Shown here piece after piece: positions 37,345 to 46,349 of a stretch of 64,000 nt of DNA. A program made the position numbers and the translations under genes. The stretch's first letter is position 1, and every line of letters begins with the position of its first letter. Below the pieces are notes generated by a model that saw only the letters and a list, made by a program, of their open reading frames with translations, was not told the DNA's origin and did not search any database. The DNA is from an uncultured Actinomycetes bacterium (GTDB taxonomy: Bacteria; Actinomycetota; Coriobacteriia; Anaerosomatales; PHET01), in NCBI GenBank assembly GCA_963770765.1, contig CAVYQS010000005.1, positions 205,242 through 269,241 of the forward strand. The letters are read 5' to 3'.

Positions 37345-38694
37345 TTGAAGAAGCTCCCCGCTGTCTTGTGCGCGGCCGTGCTCGTCTCGGCCGTCCTCGC
37401 CTCTCCGGCCCCCGCGTTCGCCGCCTCCAAGCTGCGGGTCAGCACCACGGTCAAGCCCGTGGTGAAGTCGGGCGCCACCGGAAGAGTAGTGGTCAAGTCG
37501 AAGTCGACGCGTCCGGCGAAGTTCAAGGTCACCGTCTACAAGAACGGCAAGCGCATTCGGACGATCAAGCCCAAGGGCACGTGGTATCGCAAGAGCACTA
37601 CGTGGAACCTTCGCGACTCGAATGGCAGGAAGGCTGCGGCGGGTGTCTACACGGTCAAGGTCACCGCGACGCGGAACGGCCGGTCCGTGAGCAAGGTCAG
37701 GCGGATCCGCGTGGTGAAGCCCGCCCCGAAGCCGGTTCCCGCGACCCCGCCCACGGTCTCTCCCGAGCCGGAGCCTACCTACCCCAGCCCTGACCCCTCC
37801 GCACCCGGAGCCCCGGTGACACCGGTGGTCAATCCGGCCGCAAGCTCCCCGCGCTGGGTCGGATTCTACGTCCCCGGCGTTCCCGGCAGCATGAGCCCCC
37901 TCGATGCCGTGGAGAACGCGACCGGAGCCGATTCGGCCGTCGTCAACTTCTTCATCAGCGACAGCGAGAGGTTCCCGGCATCCCGTTGCGAGAACGTGGC
38001 CGAAGCGGGTGCGGTGCCGCTCGTCACCCTTGAGTTCTGGTCGATCCAGAACTCAGGCGGCCTCGCCGCGATCAACAACGGCAGCAAGGACGCCTACCTG
38101 CGCACGTTCGCGGATGCAGCGAAGGCGTATGGGGGCGAGGTCTGGCTTCGCCCGTTCCATGAGATGAACGGCAACTGGTACCCGTGGTGCGGGACCGTGG
38201 GCAACAATACCCCCGCACAGCTCGTCACGGCATGGCGTCACGTGTACGACGTCTTCCAGTCCCGCGGTGCCACCAACGTCAAGTTCGTCTGGTGTGCGAA
38301 CGTCGACAGCGTCCCCAACACGACCGCGAACCAGATCGCGAAGTTCTGGCCGGGCGACGCCTACGTGGACTCGGTCGCCCTCGACGGCTACAACTGGGGC
38401 GTCACGTCGGCGTCGTGGTCCTCGTGGCGCAGCTTCGGCAGTATCTACGGACCCGCGTACAACACGGTCACGGCCCTGACCTCGAAGCCGCTGTTCATCG
38501 CCGAGATAGGGTGCTCGGAAGTGGGCGGCAGCAAGGCGGCATGGATCACCGACATGTTCAAGTCGATCACGAGCACCTACACGCGCGTGCGAGGCGTGGT
38601 CTGGTTCGAAGTCGACAAGGAGCAGGACTGGCGTGTGACCGCCTCGAGTGCGAGTACCGCCGCATACCGAAACGCAGTGACGGCCGGCTACTGA
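37345..38694 (+). CDS. Secreted GH26-like glycoside hydrolase with N-terminal Ig-like (FlgD-Ig-like) domain and Pro-rich linker
   Basis: Preferred TTG start gives MKKLPAVLCAAVLVSAVLASPAPAFA. Also VYTVKVTATRNG and FHEMNGNWYPWCG. The track start at 37327 lies inside the riboswitch. Confidence 0.75.
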   Translation: MKKLPAVLCAAVLVSAVLASPAPAFAASKLRVSTTVKPVVKSGATGRVVVKSKSTRPAKFKVTVYKNGKRIRTIKPKGTWYRKSTTWNLRDSNGRKAAAGVYTVKVTATRNGRSVSKVRRIRVVKPAPKPVPATPPTVSPEPEPTYPSPDPSAPGAPVTPVVNPAASSPRWVGFYVPGVPGSMSPLDAVENATGADSAVVNFFISDSERFPASRCENVAEAGAVPLVTLEFWSIQNSGGLAAINNGSKDAYLRTFADAAKAYGGEVWLRPFHEMNGNWYPWCGTVGNNTPAQLVTAWRHVYDVFQSRGATNVKFVWCANVDSVPNTTANQIAKFWPGDAYVDSVALDGYNWGVTSASWSSWRSFGSIYGPAYNTVTALTSKPLFIAEIGCSEVGGSKAAWITDMFKSITSTYTRVRGVVWFEVDKEQDWRVTASSASTAAYRNAVTAGY

Positions 38695-38715
38695 TAGAGC
38701 GCAGACGGCCCGAGC

Positions 38716-38752
38716 CCGACCGCCTTCCCCCTGCCGGGGGGGAGGGCGGTCG
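38716..38752 (+). terminator. Intrinsic terminator candidate
   Basis: About 16-bp stem CGACCGCCTTCCCCC..GGGGGGAGGGCGGTCG, followed by a T-enriched tract. Confidence 0.6.
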
Positions 38753-38808
38753 CTTCGTGTGTTCGGTTTGGGGCATCTACTCGGCATGGTCCACGAGAGG
38801 AGAGCCCG

Positions 38809-39321
38809 ATGGTGCAAGACGACAACGAAACCACCACCGCCGATTCGACCGCTTCCGAGGAGCCGAAGGTCGCTGCAGACGGCCCGTCGGCCGGTGCGGG
38901 TGACGCATGGCACGAGGTCGTCGTGCAGATCGATGCACTCGGCTCGGCCGTGAGCGCGTGGACCCGCTCGGCGATCGACGACCCGGAGAACCGCCGGCAC
39001 GCTGCGGAGATTCGGTCCCGGCTCGAGTCGATGACGCGCCGCGTGGCAACCACCATCGATGAGGCGTCGAAGAGCGAAGTCGGCAGTGCCGTGGTCGACG
39101 GCGCCGAGAAGACCGGGCAGGCTGTCGTCGAAGCGGGCGGCAAGGTCGCCGAGGCCGCTGCGCCGCATGTCGCGTCGGCACTCACCGGGCTTGCAGGGTT
39201 CCTTGGCAGCGCCGCCGAGCGGGTGGGACGGGCCACCGAGAAGCCCACGCAGCCGCCTGCCGACGAAGCCGCCGATGGGGAGGTCGCCGACGAGTCGACC
39301 CCCGACCCGGGCCAGCACTGA
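38809..39321 (+). CDS. Hypothetical Ala/Glu-rich protein
   Basis: 170-aa ORF with plausible composition. No recognisable motif. Confidence 0.4.
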   Translation: MVQDDNETTTADSTASEEPKVAADGPSAGAGDAWHEVVVQIDALGSAVSAWTRSAIDDPENRRHAAEIRSRLESMTRRVATTIDEASKSEVGSAVVDGAEKTGQAVVEAGGKVAEAAAPHVASALTGLAGFLGSAAERVGRATEKPTQPPADEAADGEVADESTPDPGQH

Positions 39322-39360
39322 TCCGGCACCCCCGCGCGTCGACATCGCCGCCGATCACCC

Positions 39361-39945
39361 TCAGCGGTCGAGCCAGTGCACCTCGCCGCTCGCAAGCTTG
39401 TACGCTGCGCCCACGACCTGCGTCTCGGCGCCGGTGGGGCCGATCTCGCCGAGGAAGCTCCTGAGTTCGGCGACGGTGTCGACCACGTGCGCATCGACTG
39501 CGGCCGCCAGCAGTGCGTCGTCGGCATCGGCGGGCGCCGCGCTCGGGTCGACTCCGTCGATTCGGATGTGCCGCGTGATGGGTGCGAGCCACTCCGGTGC
39601 GTCGCCGGCCAGCGCTGCTGCGACCGCGCCACAGTCCTCGTGGCCGAGCACGACCACCGTGCGTGCGCCGAGCCGCGCGACCGCGAACCGTATCGACGCC
39701 AGGCTCGCCTGGGCCAAGACGTGTCCCGCGGTTCGCACCACGAACAGCTCGCCCGGGCCCGCGTCGAACACCGCCTCGACAGGGACGCGGGAGTCCGAGC
39801 ACCCCACCACGACCGCCCACGGCCGCTGTCCCGCAAGAGAGAGCGCACGTTGCTCGGCCGAGAAGTGCCCCGAAGTGCGCCCCTCGACGAACCGCCGGTT
39901 ACCCTCTTTGAGCATTCTCAGTGCAGCGACGGTGTCGTGCGTCAT
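39361..39945 (-). CDS. Beta-class carbonic anhydrase
   Basis: VVGCSDSRVP and LGHEDCGAV zinc ligands. Start MTHDT after AGGGGG. Confidence 0.85.
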   Translation of the reverse strand: MTHDTVAALRMLKEGNRRFVEGRTSGHFSAEQRALSLAGQRPWAVVVGCSDSRVPVEAVFDAGPGELFVVRTAGHVLAQASLASIRFAVARLGARTVVVLGHEDCGAVAAALAGDAPEWLAPITRHIRIDGVDPSAAPADADDALLAAAVDAHVVDTVAELRSFLGEIGPTGAETQVVGAAYKLASGEVHWLDR

Positions 39946-40016
39946 GCCTGCCCCCTGGTGGTGATCGAGTCGCCAGAGTATACCGCGGCGTGGCGCCCCG
40001 GGCGCGGTGATGCGCG

Positions 40017-41093
40017 CTATCGGCGAGGCGGGCGAATGCCCACCAGCCACGCGGTGGGACGTGTCCGCGCGAGCAGATCGCTCACCCCGAAGCTCGCAGC
40101 GCTCACCGCGAGCCACACGCCCACCGTGAACCACCAGTGCGTCCACGGCCACCCGCCGTTCGCGTCCACGGCCGCGTCGACCAGCAAGAGCAGCACAGGA
40201 TGTACGAAGTACACCCCGAACGCGAGCGATCCCATCCGCGTGAGCAGCGCGGCCCGGTTGGCATAGCGTGGCTCGAGGGCGATGGCCCCCAGTGCCATTC
40301 CCACGACGGTCGCGGCCATCGCACCGGGGAAGACGAGGCGCTGCAGTTCGAGCGGCCAGTCGGGGAGCCCGCGGGCGCTCACTGCCGCGAGGCTGATCAC
40401 CCCGCCCGCGAGCATCAGAGGCCACGCCGACGTGAACCGTCGAGGCAGTATGGGCAGGCGGAGTGCGAACCAGGCGCCCAGCGCCATGTGGGGGAGGTGC
40501 GAAAGCACGTGTGTCGCGTACTGCCCGAACAGGGGATGCAGGCCGCTTGCCGCGTGGGTGAGCACCGGTCCTGCGACGATGCGCAGCACATAGGCCGCGG
40601 CGAGCAGGGTCTCCGGGCTCCACCGGGCAGCTCGGGACGCGACCGGCGTGAGCAGGTAGAACGTGAGAAGCATCGGGATGAAGTACAGGTGGTACCAGAT
40701 GTGCCCGGAGGCCACGAGGCCGGGTACCCGTAACAGGGCCGCGGCGCCATCAGCCGATCTCTCGACGTACAGAACCGCGTAGAGCGCGGCCCATGCGAGG
40801 TACGGCAGCCCGATCACTCCGAGGCGCTTGGCGACGAACTCGCGGTAGGCGCCCTTTCCGCCTCTCCACGGACGAGCCCACACGAGCGCGCCCGAGATGA
40901 AGACGAACAGCGGCACCGCATAGTGCAGCACGTCGTCGAGAATCCGGATCGGTGCGGTGTCGGGCAGCACCGACCGGTACGGCATCAGCGTATGGATCGC
41001 CACGACGGTGAGGATCGCCAAGACACGCAACGCATCGTAGGCGACGATACGACCGGCGGGCGGTGCGGGGTTCTCGGATGGCTTTCGCGTCAT
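40017..41093 (-). CDS. Acyltransferase family 3 (OafA/YrhL-like O-acyltransferase)
   Basis: YDALRVLAILTVVAIH.. and a 10-TM pattern. Confidence 0.8.
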   Translation of the reverse strand: MTRKPSENPAPPAGRIVAYDALRVLAILTVVAIHTLMPYRSVLPDTAPIRILDDVLHYAVPLFVFISGALVWARPWRGGKGAYREFVAKRLGVIGLPYLAWAALYAVLYVERSADGAAALLRVPGLVASGHIWYHLYFIPMLLTFYLLTPVASRAARWSPETLLAAAYVLRIVAGPVLTHAASGLHPLFGQYATHVLSHLPHMALGAWFALRLPILPRRFTSAWPLMLAGGVISLAAVSARGLPDWPLELQRLVFPGAMAATVVGMALGAIALEPRYANRAALLTRMGSLAFGVYFVHPVLLLLVDAAVDANGGWPWTHWWFTVGVWLAVSAASFGVSDLLARTRPTAWLVGIRPPRR

Positions 41094-41136
41094 CGTCGGA
41101 GTGTAGCCGCGAGAGGGCGAGCCGCGACAGCCCGTG

Positions 41137-41679
41137 TCAGGCGGCGGCGCCGCGCGCGGGGTCGAGCCGAGGCTCATGGCGAACCAGCGCCTCGCAGACC
41201 CGCTGTGCCTCGGTCTCGTTGAGTCCGGTTCCCATCCTCACGGTCTTGCCCGCGTAGTCGAAGGCGAGCAGGTCCTTCGCCGAGCCGCTGTCTCCGGCCA
41301 AGGGGCGCAGGTTCGTCGCGTGTGCGAGGTCGTAGCGGCGGGTCATCCCCCAGCCGAACGCCTCGGCGCGCTGCGACAGCTTCTCGCCGTCGAGCGACAC
41401 GATCTCGCGGCCGTCGAGCATGAACGCGACCGCGATGCCCGCGAACACCTCTCCCGCGACCCAGCCCGCGAGCCACACGAGCAAGAACAGACTCAGCGGA
41501 TTGAGCAGGCTCCCCACCGAGAGAAGCGACTTGAACGCGCCCAGGCCGCCGAAGGTCCAGCCCACCAACCAGACGCCGAGAAAGGCGACGAGGCACCCCG
41601 AGCGGGGCGCCCGCATCGTCACGCTCAGCGCGTGCGCTTCCTCCTCGATCTCAGGTATGTGGCGTGCGCGGCTGTTCAT
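41137..41679 (-). CDS. Hypothetical membrane protein
   Basis: 180 aa with two or three TM segments followed by a soluble C-terminal domain. Confidence 0.5.
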   Translation of the reverse strand: MNSRARHIPEIEEEAHALSVTMRAPRSGCLVAFLGVWLVGWTFGGLGAFKSLLSVGSLLNPLSLFLLVWLAGWVAGEVFAGIAVAFMLDGREIVSLDGEKLSQRAEAFGWGMTRRYDLAHATNLRPLAGDSGSAKDLLAFDYAGKTVRMGTGLNETEAQRVCEALVRHEPRLDPARGAAA

Positions 41680-41752
41680 GTCAGGAGTATCGGCTCGGAG
41701 GCTCGACCGCTACACTTTCTGCGATCGCACTCACCACGCGGAAGGCAGTGCC

Positions 41753-42196
41753 GTGGCCCGATGTTCCTATCACCCCGATGTCGAGACCGAGCTGAGCTGC
41801 ACCGAGTGTGGCAAGCCCATCTGTCCCAAAGAGATGGTGCTCACACCGGTGGGCTACAAGTGCCCCGAACATGCCCGCGCCGCCAGAGGCCAGTATCAGT
41901 TCGTGAAGCCGAAGCAGCTGGCCCTCGCGATCGCCACCGGCGCCGTCGTCGGCGTGGGCGGCGCCTTCCTGGTGGGCTCCATCGGTTTCGGCGGCTTCTT
42001 CATCGGAATCATCTGGGGGTCGCTCGTGTCGGAGGCCATCCGTCGCGCATCGGGCGGTCACCGTGGCGGCACCGTGGGGGTCGTCGCCGTGGCGAGCATC
42101 GCCCTGGGGTCGCTGCTTGCGGGCGTGAGCATCATCACGGCGATCATCGCCATCGTGGTGGCGCTCATACAGCTCGCCGTGATCGAGATGCGCTGA
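41753..42196 (+). CDS. B-box/zinc-ribbon membrane protein
   Basis: CSYHP..CTECGKPICPKEM..YKCPEH, followed by Gly-rich TM helices. GTG start after GGAAGG. Confidence 0.55.
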   Translation: MARCSYHPDVETELSCTECGKPICPKEMVLTPVGYKCPEHARAARGQYQFVKPKQLALAIATGAVVGVGGAFLVGSIGFGGFFIGIIWGSLVSEAIRRASGGHRGGTVGVVAVASIALGSLLAGVSIITAIIAIVVALIQLAVIEMR

Positions 42197-42328
42197 CCGA
42201 TTCCTGTCTCGAGCCCTCCGTCCGAGACGCGGGGCGGCGATTCGGCACGACTGCGGATTTCGGGCATGTACACCTCGGCAGCAGACCCACCGATCGAACC
42301 ATCCGGACCCCACGGGGAGGAGTTCGCC

Positions 42329-42715
42329 ATGTTCAAGGAGTTCAAGGAGTTCGCGCTCAAGGGCAACGCCATCACGCTGGCTGTAGGCGTGGTCATGGGC
42401 GCGGCGTTCAATTCGATCATCGCCGCGATGGTCGACGGGATCTTCACTCCGTTGATCGGTGTGTTGCTGGGCGGCGTCGACTTGAGCGCCGCCGTCGTGA
42501 CCATCGCCGGCGTACCGTTCGCCTGGGGACTCGTGATCGACGCCATGATCCAGTTCGTCGTCATAGCGATCGCCCTGTTCATGGTGGTCAAGGCGGTCTC
42601 GAGTCTCTCCAAGGAACCCGATCCGAGCACGCATCCGTGCCCCTTCTGTTTCACGGACATCGAGAACGCCGCGACGCGCTGCCCTGCGTGCACGTCGGAG
42701 GTCACCCCGGCGTAG
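42329..42715 (+). CDS. mscL: Large-conductance mechanosensitive channel with C-terminal zinc-ribbon
   Basis: MFKEFKEFALKGNAITLAVGVVMGAAF.. C-terminus reads CPFC-x12-CPAC. Confidence 0.85.
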   Translation: MFKEFKEFALKGNAITLAVGVVMGAAFNSIIAAMVDGIFTPLIGVLLGGVDLSAAVVTIAGVPFAWGLVIDAMIQFVVIAIALFMVVKAVSSLSKEPDPSTHPCPFCFTDIENAATRCPACTSEVTPA

Positions 42716-42847
42716 CCGTGCTCCTCAGCGGTCGCCCCGAGCTGCCTCAGGGTGGAGATTCGGTGGAGAGAGGCGGCCACAGAGGAGCGGGGCGTACACT
42801 TCGCTTCGGTATCAACGCCTGTTGAGTGCTGTTCATGAGGAGGGTCC

Positions 42848-43555
42848 ATGGCAAGCGATACCCGGCGCATCCTGCTGGTTGAAGACGAGAAGACCATCCG
42901 CGACACCGTCGCCGCCTATCTGGAGCGCGAGGGCTACTGGGTCACGCCCGCTGAAGACGGCCAAGAGGCGCTCGAGAACTTCTCCAAGCACCGCTTCGAC
43001 CTGGTCGTACTCGACCTCATGCTCCCCAAGATCTCGGGTGAGCAGGTGTGCCGAACGATCCGTGACGCCTCCGATGTCCCCATCATCATGCTCACCGCCA
43101 AGGGTGAGCTTGAAGACCGCGTCGCCGGTCTTGAGCTGGGTGCCGACGACTACCTGGTCAAGCCGTTCTCCCCGCGCGAGCTCGTCGCGCGCGTGAGAGC
43201 TCTTCTGCGCCGTGCCCGGGTGGGCGCAGAGCCTCAGCGCGACCGGCTCGTCTACGGGTCGCTCGAGATCGACGTCGCGGGGCACAAGGCGTTCCTCGAC
43301 GGCGAAGAGCTCGATCTGACGGCAAGCGAGTTCAAGCTCCTGACAACGCTGTCCCGCTACCCCGGTCGCGTCTACTCGCGCATGGAGCTCGTCGAGAAGG
43401 TCCTGGGATACGACTTCGAGGGCTACGAGCGGACGATCGACAGCCACGTCAAGAACCTGCGCGCCAAGCTCGACGACGACCCGCGCGAGCCCACCTTCAT
43501 CTACACCGTTCACGGCGTGGGGTACCGCTTCGAGTCACCCAAGACGGATGCCTGA
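42848..43555 (+). CDS. OmpR-family response regulator
   Basis: ILLVEDE..DLVVLDLMLP receiver domain and a winged-helix C-terminus (YTVHGVGYRF). Confidence 0.9.
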   Translation: MASDTRRILLVEDEKTIRDTVAAYLEREGYWVTPAEDGQEALENFSKHRFDLVVLDLMLPKISGEQVCRTIRDASDVPIIMLTAKGELEDRVAGLELGADDYLVKPFSPRELVARVRALLRRARVGAEPQRDRLVYGSLEIDVAGHKAFLDGEELDLTASEFKLLTTLSRYPGRVYSRMELVEKVLGYDFEGYERTIDSHVKNLRAKLDDDPREPTFIYTVHGVGYRFESPKTDA

Positions 43556-44978
43556 GGCGGTCGTCCCGCATTCTCTTCCGGAAGTCGAGGAGCATGCGCG
43601 TCCTCGGGCTACGTTCGGCCGCCGGCTCGCCATAGCGTTCGCCACCGTCGCCGCCCTCACGGTCGTGCTCGTCGCCGTGCTCATCTCGGCGGTGTGGAAC
43701 TACCAGTTCGACCAGTACCTCAAGGGCAATCTCCAGCGCACCGCCGACGGCATCGCCCAGATCGCGTCTGAGGTGTACCCCCTCTACGGCGGGTGGAACC
43801 TGCAGTCGCTCTCTGCGATACCGCGATTCGGCCCGATGCGGGGAATAGCGGTGCAGATCGTCGACAGCACCGGCGAGCTCATCTACGACGACGCCACGAA
43901 CTTCCGGTCAGACCAAGGGGCGAGCGGGGACACCGGCGGAGAGCAGGTCCTGCTCATGCCGGAGGGTCCCGTGGTGGTGTCACCGGTGGTCGTCAACAAC
44001 ACGCAGGTGGGCACCGTGCATGTCTGGGCCTATGGTGCCGGCGCCGTGCTCACCGACCGCGACGCGCAGTTCCGGTCGGGGTCGCTCACGGCGCTCACGA
44101 TCGCGGCCCTCGTGGCCATCGCGATCGCATCGATCAGCGGGCTGTGGTACTCGACCAGGCTCGTGCGCCCGATCGCCGAGATCACCGAGACAGCCCAAGC
44201 GCTCAGGGGGGGCGACCGGACCGCGCGCACCGGGTTCGAGGGTGAAGACGAGATATCGGTACTCGGCAGGACCTTCGACGAGATGGCCGACGCGATCGAG
44301 GCCGACCGACAGCTCGAGCGACGGTTGACCGCCGATGTCGCCCACGAGCTGCGCACGCCGCTGCAGGCCATCCAGGCGACGGTCGAAGCCATGCAAGACG
44401 GCGTGTTGCCCGCAGACGAGGAGCGGCTCGGCATCGTACGCGACGAGACCGTCCGCCTCGCGCGGCTCGCCGACGCCATCTTGGAGCTCACGCGTCTCGA
44501 ACGCGGATCGCTGCCCTTCGACATGCAACGGATCGATCTCGGTGGCCCGGTGCGCACGGCCGTCGATTCTCTCCAAGCCCTCATCGAATCCAAGGAACTC
44601 TCGCTCCAGACCGACATCGCGCAGGGCGTCGCTGTCATCGGAGACCCCGACCGGCTCCAGCAAGCGGTGGGCAATCTCCTTGGCAACGCCGCACGCTACA
44701 CGCCCTCGGGAGGGTGCGTGGTCGTCTCGGTCCGCTCCGAGAACGGCTGCGCGATGATCGAGGTGGCCGACACGGGCGTGGGGATCGCCGAGGAGGATCT
44801 GCCGCACGTGTTCAACAGGTTCTGGCGCGCGGACGACGCCCGTGCGACCGCCACCGGAGGTCTGGGAATCGGTCTGGCCGTGACGAAGGAGATCGTCGAG
44901 CGGCACCGCGGTGCCATCGACGTCGAACGTCGCGATGCCGGCGGCACGTTGTTCCGGATCCGGCTGCCGCTCGCTTAG
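43548..44978 (+). CDS. Sensor histidine kinase (HAMP-HisKA-HATPase_c)
   Basis: H-box VAHELRTPL, N box LGNAARYT, G boxes DTGVGI and GGLGIGLA. Confidence 0.9.
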   Translation: MPEAVVPHSLPEVEEHARPRATFGRRLAIAFATVAALTVVLVAVLISAVWNYQFDQYLKGNLQRTADGIAQIASEVYPLYGGWNLQSLSAIPRFGPMRGIAVQIVDSTGELIYDDATNFRSDQGASGDTGGEQVLLMPEGPVVVSPVVVNNTQVGTVHVWAYGAGAVLTDRDAQFRSGSLTALTIAALVAIAIASISGLWYSTRLVRPIAEITETAQALRGGDRTARTGFEGEDEISVLGRTFDEMADAIEADRQLERRLTADVAHELRTPLQAIQATVEAMQDGVLPADEERLGIVRDETVRLARLADAILELTRLERGSLPFDMQRIDLGGPVRTAVDSLQALIESKELSLQTDIAQGVAVIGDPDRLQQAVGNLLGNAARYTPSGGCVVVSVRSENGCAMIEVADTGVGIAEEDLPHVFNRFWRADDARATATGGLGIGLAVTKEIVERHRGAIDVERRDAGGTLFRIRLPLA

Positions 44979-45090
44979 GCACCGCGCAGGTCAGACGTGC
45001 CCGGCTGCGCCCCGCCGGTCGGGTATCCTAGGAGCCTGCGGGACCGCCACCATCTGCGGCGGCCACATCCTACGAAGGGCCCTCGCCTCC

Positions 45091-46038
45091 ATGATGTACG
45101 TCATGACCATCGCCGGATTCCTGCTGCTCTTCGGCGGCGGCGAGTTCCTCGTTCGCGGTGCGGTGGCCATCTCGCGCCGCATGGGCATATCGCCGCTTCT
45201 GGTGGGGATGACCGTGGTCGCGTTCTGCACATCCGCGCCCGAGCTGCTCGTCTCCGTGCGTTCGGCACTCGCGGGAAATCCCGATATCGCCGTAGGCAAC
45301 GTCGTGGGCTCGAACATCTGCAACATCGTGCTCATCCTCGGCGTCGCGGCGCTCATCAAGCCTGTCGCGGTCCACAAGGGTGACGTCCGGCCCGACACGA
45401 TCATGATGCTCGTGGGCGCATTCATCGTGCTTGCCCTCGGCTTCTCGGGCGCGGTCGCGCGCTGGCAGGGCCTGCTGCTGGTGGGCGCGCTGGTGGTATA
45501 CATCGCGATACAGTACCGACGCGAGATGACCAAGGGTCTGCCGACCCATGACTGGCATGCCGAGGAGACCGCGGAGTTCGAGTCCTCGATGAAGCTGCCT
45601 GCGGCGATCGGTGCTGTGGCGGCGGGTCTGGCGGCACTCGTGGTGGGGGCGGAGCTGCTGATCAACGGCGCGACGCAGATCGCGGCGCTGTTCGGCGTGC
45701 CCGACGCCGTGGTGGGGCTCACGATCGTCGCTTTGGGCACCTCACTCCCCGAACTGGCCACGAGCGTCATCGCGGCGGCCAAGGGGCATTCGGACGTCGC
45801 GGTGGGCAACGTCGTCGGGTCGAACACGTTCAACGTCTTCGCGATCCTGGGGACGACGGCCGCCGTCTCGCCCGTCACGATCTCGGAGACGTTCGCGCGC
45901 GTCGACATACCGATCATGGTGGGCATCAGCGTGTTCGCCGCAGCGGTCCTGCTCACACGCGGTCGGTTCGGCCGCGTGCTGGGCGCCTTCATGACGAGCG
46001 GCTACGTCGCCTACATCGCGTTCCTGTACGCTGGCTGA
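45091..46038 (+). CDS. CaCA family (YrbG-like) sodium/calcium antiporter
   Basis: Two alpha-repeats: GTSAPELLVS..GNVVGSNI and GTSLPELATS..GNVVGSNTFN. Confidence 0.85.
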   Translation: MMYVMTIAGFLLLFGGGEFLVRGAVAISRRMGISPLLVGMTVVAFCTSAPELLVSVRSALAGNPDIAVGNVVGSNICNIVLILGVAALIKPVAVHKGDVRPDTIMMLVGAFIVLALGFSGAVARWQGLLLVGALVVYIAIQYRREMTKGLPTHDWHAEETAEFESSMKLPAAIGAVAAGLAALVVGAELLINGATQIAALFGVPDAVVGLTIVALGTSLPELATSVIAAAKGHSDVAVGNVVGSNTFNVFAILGTTAAVSPVTISETFARVDIPIMVGISVFAAAVLLTRGRFGRVLGAFMTSGYVAYIAFLYAG

Positions 46039-46076
46039 GGGTGGCTCCATAGGTCGCGCGATCCCGGAGGGGACAC

Positions 46077-46286
46077 ATGACACTCAACCTGCTCTCGCCT
46101 GTGGTGATCGCGTCGATCGGCGTGGTCGGCTTCGCGCTGATCGTCTTTCAGATACTCCTGGGCTACCGCAAGATCAAGATCCCGGGTCGAAGGCACATGA
46201 AGGTCCACAAGGGCGTCGCGTGGGCGATCGTGGGCATCACACTCGATCGCACGGCGGGCTGGGCCTGTACTGGGTGCTCAGGGTGA
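46077..46286 (+). CDS. Small membrane protein. The 3' end may be frameshifted.
   Basis: MTLNLLSPVVIASIGVVGFALIVFQILLGYRKIK.. The last ~15 codons look non-native. Confidence 0.3.
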   Translation: MTLNLLSPVVIASIGVVGFALIVFQILLGYRKIKIPGRRHMKVHKGVAWAIVGITLDRTAGWACTGCSG

Positions 46287-46349
46287 CGTTGGGCTGACGC
46301 GAAGGCGTTCGCCCTTACCCGCTGCGCGCGCTTAACCTACAATGTCGGC

